DNA of 32,000 nt from Labilithrix sp. (lineage in GTDB: Bacteria > Myxococcota_A > Polyangia > Polyangiales > Polyangiaceae). The DNA is taken from NCBI GenBank assembly GCA_044227045.1, contig JBGAFW010000042.1:1-32000 (forward strand). The letters run 5' to 3'. Below the pieces are notes generated by a model. It did not search any database. It worked only from the letters and a program-made list of their open reading frames with translations, and was not told the origin of the DNA. Below are positions 25,604 to 32,000 of this stretch, one piece after another (position 1 is the stretch's first letter; the number at the start of each line of letters is the position of its first letter). Made by a program: the position numbers and the translations under genes.

Positions 25604-27337
25604 ATGGATCGGAACAGTCTCCTACGCGTGCTCGCGATCGCGGCCGCCGTTCTCCTCTTCTGGAAGTTCGGTCTTCCGCTGATCACCGGCTCGAGTGACA
25701 AGCCGCAGTCTCTCCCCGAAGAGAGCTACATCAACGCGCCTGGGTTCATCCCGGACACGCTCGACCCGCCTGCCGAAAAGGACAAGGCGAACCAGCCGGT
25801 CGAGGGCGAGCTCTGCAAGGTCGACGGCAACCGTTTCACGGCGACGCTCTCCACCCGCGGCGCGGCGATCACGCATCTCGAGCTCGAAGGCGGCAAGTAC
25901 GAGGGCATGGACCTTTCGACCACGCCCGACCACGAGCGCTGGCGATCGCTCCGCACGCTCCTGCGCGGTCCGGACGGCAAAGATCAGGTCAAGTACGACC
26001 GCTTCACCTGGAAGCTCGAGCCTCGCGAAGACGCCAAGAGCTGCACGTTCAAGTACGAAGACGAAGACGTCCGCGTCACGAAGAAGATCACTGCGAGCCC
26101 CCGTCCCTTCGAGCTCGACGTCACCACGACGGTGACGAACCTCGCGAAGGAGCCGAAGAAGCACCAGCTCACGATCGGTACGTATTCCTACCGTCGAAAC
26201 GGCGACATGAAGGGCTCGTTCGGGCGCCAGTCACCGTGGCAGACCGAGCTGTCGTGCGCGGGCGGAAGCGACGTCGTCCGCAAGAACAAAGACGAGTTCA
26301 AGTCCGGTTGGTTCGCGGTGCCGAGCGTCGATCGCTACGCGGCCGTCAACAGCCACTTCTTCGCCCAAGCGCTCCTGCCGAACAAGGCCGATGCTGGGCT
26401 CCCGCGTTGTGAGCTCCTCGCTCAAGAGGTCTACACGCCGGGCGCCAAGGACGAAGACGACAACGGCTCGCTCTTCCACGCGAAGCTCGTCTACCCCGCG
26501 AAGGAGCTCGCGCCGCAAGGCACCACCTCCTACGAGAACACGGCGTTCTTCGGACCGAAGGAACGCGACGTGCTCGCCTCGGCCGGCGGCGGCGATCGCC
26601 TGCGTGACGTCATCAACCTCGGGTTCTTCCGCCCCGTCGCCCGCGTGCTCGTCGGCGTCCTCGTCTTTTTCCACGACAAGATCACGTTCGGCAACTGGGG
26701 CGTCGCCATCATCTTGATGACGATCTGCCTTCGCACGCTGCTCTTCCCGCTCACGTTCAAGTCGATCAAGACGACGATTGCGATGCGCAATCTGAAGCCC
26801 GAGGTCGACAAGCTGAACGAGAAGTTCAAGGACGACCCGCAGGCGAAGAACCTCGCCATGATGGAGCTTTGGAAGAAGCACGGCGTGAACCCGTTCGGAG
26901 GGTGTTTGCCGCAGCTCGTCCAGATGCCCGTCTGGTTCGCGATGTACACGACGCTCCAGACGGCGGTCGAGATGTACCACGTGAAATTCTTGTGGTTCAA
27001 AGACCTCTCGGTCGCGGATCCCTATTACATTCTGCCGCTTTTGCTGGGTGTCTTCATGATCATCCAGCAGCGCATCGTCCCGCAGCAGGGCATGGATCCG
27101 ATGCAGCAGAAGATGATGATGTGGATGATGCCCATCATCTTCACCGTCATGATGTTGTTCCTTCCCGCCGCGCTCGGTGTTTACATGCTGACCAACAGCA
27201 TGCTCGGCATCGCCCAGCAGCTGGTGCTCGAGCAGGTCGCGCCAAGCGCACGCAAGAAGGTGGATCCGTCGAAGGACATCATCGTCAAGAACAAGGGTGA
27301 GAAGCCGAAGGACAACAAGGCCATCACCACAAGCTGA
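25604..27337 (+). CDS. yidC: Membrane protein insertase YidC
   Basis: 577 aa with an N-terminal TM, a large periplasmic domain and the conserved core 'GNWGVAIILMTICLRTLLFPLTFKSIKTTIAMRNLKPEVDKLNEKFKDDPQAKNLAMMELWKKHGVNPFGGCLPQLVQMPVWFAMY'. Confidence 0.95.
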   Translation: MDRNSLLRVLAIAAAVLLFWKFGLPLITGSSDKPQSLPEESYINAPGFIPDTLDPPAEKDKANQPVEGELCKVDGNRFTATLSTRGAAITHLELEGGKYEGMDLSTTPDHERWRSLRTLLRGPDGKDQVKYDRFTWKLEPREDAKSCTFKYEDEDVRVTKKITASPRPFELDVTTTVTNLAKEPKKHQLTIGTYSYRRNGDMKGSFGRQSPWQTELSCAGGSDVVRKNKDEFKSGWFAVPSVDRYAAVNSHFFAQALLPNKADAGLPRCELLAQEVYTPGAKDEDDNGSLFHAKLVYPAKELAPQGTTSYENTAFFGPKERDVLASAGGGDRLRDVINLGFFRPVARVLVGVLVFFHDKITFGNWGVAIILMTICLRTLLFPLTFKSIKTTIAMRNLKPEVDKLNEKFKDDPQAKNLAMMELWKKHGVNPFGGCLPQLVQMPVWFAMYTTLQTAVEMYHVKFLWFKDLSVADPYYILPLLLGVFMIIQQRIVPQQGMDPMQQKMMMWMMPIIFTVMMLFLPAALGVYMLTNSMLGIAQQLVLEQVAPSARKKVDPSKDIIVKNKGEKPKDNKAITTS

Positions 27338-27390
27338 CGCCTGCGCCGGGATTCGCCCGCGCGACCAAGAATTTTGAAAGGGAAATACTC

Positions 27391-27927
27391 GTGTCTGATG
27401 TGATCGAACGTGAAGGTGGAGAGGGAAACCCGCCGCAGGGTCCCTCCGATGAAGTCACCGACCCGCAGGCCGTACGCGCGCTCGGGTTCGTCCAGATGCT
27501 CATCGAGAAGATGGCCATGGATGCCGAGGTCACGCTCGCTCCAGACGACGGCGAAGGATCTGCCGACGAGATTCGTCTCGAGATCGAAGGCCCCGACGCG
27601 GGGCGCATCATCGGCAAGCGCGGGAGCGTCCTCGAGGCCATCCAGTATTTGACCACGCGCGTCGCCCACAAGCCGGGCGAGCCACGCAAGCACATCGCGG
27701 TCGACGCCGAGGGGTATCGCGCGCGCCACGAAGATCAGCTCGCCGAGATGGCGAAGAAGCTCGCGCGCCGCGTCGCCAAAGAGGGCAAGGTCATCACGTT
27801 CGATCCGATGACCGCGCGTGATCGCCGCGTCGTTCACATGGCGCTCAAGGACATCACCGATGTCCGCACCGAGAGCCATGGCGAAGGGCCCGATCGCCGC
27901 GTGCAGATCATCCCCGTCAAGAACTGA
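27391..27927 (+). CDS. jag: Jag/KhpB-type RNA-binding protein (KH + R3H domains)
   Basis: 'EIEGPDAGRIIGKRGSVLEAIQYLT' (KH GxxG) and 'DRRVVHMALKDITDVRTESHGEGPDRRVQIIP' (R3H). GTG start with AAGGGA upstream. Conserved position after yidC. Confidence 0.8.
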   Translation: MSDVIEREGGEGNPPQGPSDEVTDPQAVRALGFVQMLIEKMAMDAEVTLAPDDGEGSADEIRLEIEGPDAGRIIGKRGSVLEAIQYLTTRVAHKPGEPRKHIAVDAEGYRARHEDQLAEMAKKLARRVAKEGKVITFDPMTARDRRVVHMALKDITDVRTESHGEGPDRRVQIIPVKN

Positions 27928-27929
27928 CC

Positions 27930-27949
27930 CCGAAGCGCTCCGAAGCGCT
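27930..27949. repeat. 10-bp tandem repeat CCGAAGCGCT x2 between convergent genes
   Basis: Copies at 27930-27939 and 27940-27949. Each contains the self-complementary AGCGCT, so a 6-bp hairpin (AGCGCT-ccga-AGCGCT) can form. This may be a weak bidirectional terminator. Confidence 0.7.
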
Positions 27950-27962
27950 CACCATCGTGCCT

Positions 27963-28451
27963 TCACGGGAGCCGATGCTCCTCGTTGACGGCACGATGAC
28001 GTTTGTGGGCGATGCTCGTTCTGCGGCCGTCGCCGGTGATCGCACGAAGCGCGCACGACTCGGCGACGACGCCAGCGCCCGCGAGCTCGCGCATGGCGGC
28101 CGGCGCGTTGCGAAGCTGCACCGACGTGGGAAGCGAGACGCGAACGGGCTCGCCGCGTTTCAGCTCGATGACGGTGACGGGACGTGACTCGCGCAGCGGG
28201 CTCGAGAGATCGACGACGATGAAGTCGCCGGCGAACGCGCGTTGGCTCGTGCGGTAGAGCCACAGGTTCGGACGACGCTCGAGGAGCGTGCGCGCGAACT
28301 CGAGCTCGTCGCACTTGAACGCAAAGAGGCGGCGGCCTTGCCAGGTGGGGGCGAGGCGGGTGACCGCGTCACGACGAGAGAGCGCAGCACGTGGCAAACG
28401 CAGCACGAGCGAAGGCTGCGTGTGCGTCTTGATGGACGACAGAGAAGACAT
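27963..28451 (-). CDS. Hypothetical protein with PD-(D/E)xK nuclease-like motif
   Basis: 162-aa ORF with an ATG start and protein-like composition. 'CDELEFARTLLERR...NLWLYRT...AGDFIVVDLSSPLRESRPVTVIELKRG' fits the helix-E / strand-D / strand-ExK layout. Confidence 0.5.
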   Translation of the reverse strand: MSSLSSIKTHTQPSLVLRLPRAALSRRDAVTRLAPTWQGRRLFAFKCDELEFARTLLERRPNLWLYRTSQRAFAGDFIVVDLSSPLRESRPVTVIELKRGEPVRVSLPTSVQLRNAPAAMRELAGAGVVAESCALRAITGDGRRTSIAHKRHRAVNEEHRLP

Positions 28452-28633
28452 GACTCGGATCTCGCAAACGGAGGGACGATGGAGAAGGCGTGGCGCCGCC
28501 GTCAGGAACGGCGACCAGAGATCGTCAGCGTGGCGAGATCAGAACGAGCATGTCGAAGACAGGTATGCGCACGGCATAGGGCGTTCGCAACCCATCCAGC
28601 CGGCGTTTGTCGGGTTGAACGTCAACGCGGCGG

Positions 28634-29989
28634 CTATTTGTCGTCCGAGGCGCGCTCTGCACACTCGGCGGCGCGCTCGAGGAGGAGGTCACGCTCGCGG
28701 GCGTTACGCGTCAGCGAGGCCGCGCGCTCGAGGTCGGCGCGTGCCTCTTCGAAGCGCCCGAGCTTCGCGAGGAGATCGCCGCGAACGCTCGGATAGAGGT
28801 GGTAGGTCGCGAACAGCGGCTCCTTCGCGAGCGCGTCGATCGCCTCGAGGCCTGCCCTCGGGCCGAAGGCCATCGAGATCGCCACGCCGCGATTCAGCTC
28901 GACGATCGGCGACGGCGCCACCTCGCGCAGCGCATCGTAGAGGACGGCGATGCGCGCCCAGTCCGTCTCCGCCGCCGTCTTCGCGCGCGCATGACACGCA
29001 GCGATCGCGGCCTGCAAGGCGTAGAGGCCACGCGCGCCGCCGAGCGCCTCGGCGCGAGCGAGCGCGTCGAGGCCGCGGCGCACGAGGACCGTGTCCCAGC
29101 GCGCGCGATCTTGCTCGAGGAGGAGGACAGGCTCGCCCTTCGCGTTGACGCGCGCCGGAGAACGCGACGCCTGGATCTCCATCAGCGCGACGAGGCCGTG
29201 CACCTCGGGCTCACGCGGCGCGAGCTCGGCGAGGATGCGGCCCAATCGAAGCGCGTCTTCGCAGAGCGCAGGACGCATCCAGTCGTCGCCCGCGGTCGCG
29301 GAGTAGCCTTCGTTGAAGACGAGGTAGATCACCTCGAGCACCGACGAGAGGCGCGTCTCGAGCTCGGCGCCATGCGGGACCTCGAACGGGACGCGCTCCT
29401 CCGCGAGCGTTCGTTTGGCGCGTACGATCCGCTGCGCGATCGTCTCTTCGCGCACCAGAAACGCGCGCGCGATCTCTTCGGTGGTGAGGCCGCAGAGAAG
29501 ACGCAACGTCAGCGCGGCGCGCGCGTCGGATGAGAGCACCGGATGGCATGCGGTGAACACGAGGCGCAAGAGGTCATCGCCGACGTCGTCGTCGGCGGCG
29601 GCTTCGAAGTCGATCGTCGTGACGCTCGGCAGCGTGTGGCCCAGCTCCTCGTGCTTACGCTCGATTCGCTTTCCGCGCCGCTGCGCGTCGATCGCGCGGT
29701 GCTTCGCCGTCGCCATGAGCCATGCGCCCGGGTTGTCCGGTACGCCTTCGGTGGGCCACTGCTCGATCGCGGCGATGAGCGCGTCTTGCGCGAGCTCCTC
29801 GGCGAGGCCGACGTCGCGGACGATGCGCGCGAGCCCGGCGATGACGCGCGCGGACTCGATGCGCCACACCGCGTCGATCGCGCGATGCGCGCGAGCCTTG
29901 TCGTGGTCGCGCTCACGCGCGAGCGACGCCGCGTCGGCTTCATCGCTCGTCGCGTTCGGTGCGCTCGTCGCGTTCGCGTCCGTCGTCAC
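28634..29989 (-). CDS. ECF sigma factor with long C-terminal TPR-like extension (COG4941 / ECF42-type)
   Basis: Sigma-2 region 'LAQDALIAAIEQWPTEGVPDNPGAWLMATAKHRAIDAQRR'. Sigma-4 region 'LRLLCGLTTEEIARAFLVREETIAQRIVRAKRTL'. The ~230-aa C-terminal extension ends 'ATYHLYPSVRGDLLAKLGRFEEARADLERAASLTRNARERDLLLERAAEC'. GTG start. Confidence 0.85.
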   Translation of the reverse strand: MTTDANATSAPNATSDEADAASLARERDHDKARAHRAIDAVWRIESARVIAGLARIVRDVGLAEELAQDALIAAIEQWPTEGVPDNPGAWLMATAKHRAIDAQRRGKRIERKHEELGHTLPSVTTIDFEAAADDDVGDDLLRLVFTACHPVLSSDARAALTLRLLCGLTTEEIARAFLVREETIAQRIVRAKRTLAEERVPFEVPHGAELETRLSSVLEVIYLVFNEGYSATAGDDWMRPALCEDALRLGRILAELAPREPEVHGLVALMEIQASRSPARVNAKGEPVLLLEQDRARWDTVLVRRGLDALARAEALGGARGLYALQAAIAACHARAKTAAETDWARIAVLYDALREVAPSPIVELNRGVAISMAFGPRAGLEAIDALAKEPLFATYHLYPSVRGDLLAKLGRFEEARADLERAASLTRNARERDLLLERAAECAERASDDK

Positions 29990-30067
29990 GCCCCGATCAG
30001 AGCACTGAATCGGAGCGCGTGCAGCTGTCGTGTGCCGGGCCGTGTGCCGAGAGTCAGCGCGAGCGCG

Positions 30068-30415
30068 CTACATCGACAATTCCATGACCTCGCGGACCTC
30101 GACGCCGCCGTGCTGCGCGCCCGGACAACGCGACGCCCACTCCACGGCCTCTTCCTTCGACTTGACCTGGATGAGGTAGTAGCCGCCGATCACCTCCTTC
30201 GCTTCGGCGAATGGCCCATCGGTGACGGTGCGTTTGCCGTTCGTGATGTGGATGCGGCTTCCCTTCGCGCTCGGCATGAGCGCGTCGCCCGCGAGCATCA
30301 CGCCTGCCTTCTTCAAGTCTTGCGTGTACTTCATGTACGTGGCGTGCATTTGCTCGCGCTCGGCGGGGCTAAGCTCGGTCTTCTCGTCGGCGGCGATGAG
30401 GATCAGGTAACGCAT
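30068..30415 (-). CDS. YCII-related (DGPF) domain protein
   Basis: 115 aa: 'MRYLILIAADEKTELSPAEREQMHATYMKYTQDLKKAGVMLAGDALMPSAKGSRIHITNGKRTVTDGPFAEAKEVIGGYYLIQVKSKEEAVEWASRCP' with the DGPF motif. GGAGAG lies 5 nt before ATG 30415. The remainder of track ORF 30068..30856 is Arg-rich nonsense. Confidence 0.85.
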   Translation of the reverse strand: MRYLILIAADEKTELSPAEREQMHATYMKYTQDLKKAGVMLAGDALMPSAKGSRIHITNGKRTVTDGPFAEAKEVIGGYYLIQVKSKEEAVEWASRCPGAQHGGVEVREVMELSM

Positions 30416-30551
30416 CGTTCTCTCCATGCATGATGTTTGTTCTGGGGGAGTGGCGAGAGGCTCTCTCTCGATGAGGCGTCGATCGAGCGGCGCGAAGATC
30501 GACAAGCCGAAGACGTTTTCTTTCGATTTCTTCGAAGCCCAGAAAAAGAGG

Positions 30552-31652
30552 TCAATCCACGCCGGAGCGGCCATCGTCGGGGCGTCGATCGACCGGGCCG
30601 TCCAGGCGAGGCTTTTGCATCTGGCCGAGCGCCGACAGGCGCGCCCAGGCCGGCGCGAGGAGCTTCGCCTGGCGCTCGTCGTTGCTCCCCACCGCGACGA
30701 TGGCCCGGCGCATCGGCGCGATCGCGGCGCTTGCCGCCTCGAGCGACAGGCATGCGGCGACGTGAACGTGACGATACGCCGGCGACGCCACGATCGGCGC
30801 GCCTGGCGGCGCGATGCCGATCGCGTGGTGGGTGCCGACGAGCGCCCGGCACGCATACGTCATCGTCGCCACATAGCGATCGGAGGCGGCGCGCTCCTCG
30901 GCGGGGAGAGGCCCGCGAGGGATCGCGACGTCGAGGCGCTCGAGCTCGGCGTGCAGCGCCTCGGCGAACGCGTCCGCCGCGTCGCCATCTCCTTCGACGA
31001 GCGCGACGCGAGGGCTCAGGCATCCGCGTTGGTCGAACACGACGACGTCCGCGGCGAGCGCGCGTGCGGCCGCGGCGCGATCGCCGGCGCTCGCGGTCGC
31101 GATCCACGCGATGCCCATCCCCGATCCGTGTCCGCGGACGCGAGCGGCCGTGACGCGGGCACGCACGTCGGCGATCGTCTCGTCGCGTCCGTAGACGTGG
31201 ACTTCATCGCCGCGCACCGTCGTCGCGACGTCGAAGTCATCGTCGATCACGATCGCGGGGTCGCCCGCCGCCGCGACGAGCGCCTTGGCAAACGCGGGAT
31301 CGCGACGCGACGGTCGAACGACGACCCGTGAGGACGCCGCCCGCGCGATCGCGATCGCACGGAGCGCGCCGACGAACACGTTCGAGGACAAGATGACGAC
31401 GACCCGCTCGGCGTCACCTGCGTAGTCGACGAGCTGACCGATCTCGTCGTCCGTCGCGTCGACCTCGAGATGGGAGCCAAGCGCCAGCTCGACGCCCGCG
31501 AGGGAGAGCCCGGTCGACTCCGCGATCGACGCCACGAGCGACGGGCTGCGCTCGGAGGCGATCCGCTTCGCCGCCTCGAGGAGCCTCCGCACGTCGGCGA
31601 CGCGGGCGCTCTTCGTCCTCGCGTTTGCGTCTGAATTCGGCTTCGTCTCCAT
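30552..31652 (-). CDS. LuxC-like acyl-CoA reductase (aldehyde dehydrogenase superfamily)
   Basis: From ATG 31652 ('METKPNSDANA...'). 'VVVILSSNVFVGALRAIAIARAASSRVVVRPSRRDPAF', 'VVVFDQRGCLSPRVALV' and the C-terminal 'LGQMQKPRLDGPVD' resemble LuxC family motifs. The upstream part of the track ORF is Arg-rich nonsense. Confidence 0.6.
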   Translation of the reverse strand: METKPNSDANARTKSARVADVRRLLEAAKRIASERSPSLVASIAESTGLSLAGVELALGSHLEVDATDDEIGQLVDYAGDAERVVVILSSNVFVGALRAIAIARAASSRVVVRPSRRDPAFAKALVAAAGDPAIVIDDDFDVATTVRGDEVHVYGRDETIADVRARVTAARVRGHGSGMGIAWIATASAGDRAAAARALAADVVVFDQRGCLSPRVALVEGDGDAADAFAEALHAELERLDVAIPRGPLPAEERAASDRYVATMTYACRALVGTHHAIGIAPPGAPIVASPAYRHVHVAACLSLEAASAAIAPMRRAIVAVGSNDERQAKLLAPAWARLSALGQMQKPRLDGPVDRRPDDGRSGVD

Positions 31653-31723
31653 CGCTATGGGATCTCGCGCGCTCCTGTTACCCGGCATCCATTGTATCGT
31701 CTCGACGAAGAAACGTTTCGAAC

Positions 31724-32000
31724 ATGTGGCCTCTCTACGTCTCCCAGCTCGCGTCTGCCGCGGAGGTGCACCCGCTAGCGGGCGCGCTCGACGAAACGAT
31801 GGCGCGCCGCGCGCTCTATCGCGCGATCGCTTGGCCCAACGTGCTCCTCGACGCGAAGGACGCGTTCTTCGCCGTCGATCGTAGTCTCTATGAGGCGGAG
31901 GTGCCGAAAGCCCTCCGATCAGGATGCGTGTGCGTCGTCGATCCGACCTGGCCAGGGCTCGCGGCCCTCGATCCCGAAGCACGCTCGCGATGCCTCGTCC
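31724..32000 (+). CDS. Partial ORF running off the window end (unknown function)
   Basis: The frame from ATG 31724 stays open to base 32000: 'MWPLYVSQLASAAEVHPLAGALDETMARRALYRAIAWPNVLLDAKDAFFAVDRSLYEAEVPKALRSGCVCVVDPTWPGLAALDPEARSRCLV'. Third-position GC is high. It is divergent from the LuxC-like gene and absent from the track because it has no stop. Confidence 0.35.
   Translation, partial: MWPLYVSQLASAAEVHPLAGALDETMARRALYRAIAWPNVLLDAKDAFFAVDRSLYEAEVPKALRSGCVCVVDPTWPGLAALDPEARSRCLV

Noticed and set aside
30416-31982. N-terminal extensions of track ORFs 30068..30856 and 30552..31982
   Set aside because: The extensions are Arg/Pro-rich nonsense. Internal ATGs (30415 with a GGAGAG RBS, and 31652) give proteins that begin where recognisable family sequence begins.

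Overview
High-GC (roughly 68-70% by eye) bacterial chromosomal window. The gene content looks myxobacterial (Myxococcota-like): OmpA proteins with thrombospondin type-3 repeats, bitopic zinc-ribbon/GYF membrane proteins and many lipoproteins. I support about 30 protein-coding genes and found no rRNA, tRNA, CRISPR array, transposase or integrase. Left to right: a DUF58 gene and a DUF4129-like polytopic membrane gene (13-2972); a divergent LysR/DoxX pair; a PHP/CehA-like metallohydrolase whose signal peptide sits in a different frame; three lipoprotein genes, one an NHL beta-propeller. Next is a tightly packed five-gene minus-strand operon (membrane protein, DUF4266 lipoprotein, DUF3570 barrel, TlpA-like thiol-disulfide oxidoreductase, zinc-ribbon membrane protein; 10345-14395). 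Two OmpA-TSP3 paralogs (14546-16570, 22245-24047) then bracket two bitopic zinc-ribbon proteins, one with GltJ/AgmX-like architecture, plus a CAP-domain lipoprotein. The window ends with the housekeeping block rpmH-rnpA-yidD-yidC-jag (24439-27927), a small ORF with a PD-(D/E)xK-like motif, an ECF42-type sigma factor with its DGPF/YCII partner, and a LuxC-like acyl-CoA reductase. I see no clear-cut new system such as a defence island. The most interesting candidates are the uncharacterised DUF4266/DUF3570/TlpA envelope operon, the orphan GltJ-like protein with an in-frame 38-codon TM mini-ORF behind its stop, two apparent frame breaks, and two 15-bp tandem duplications that involve stop codons. 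All family calls come from reading the translations and from motif memory; no searches were run.
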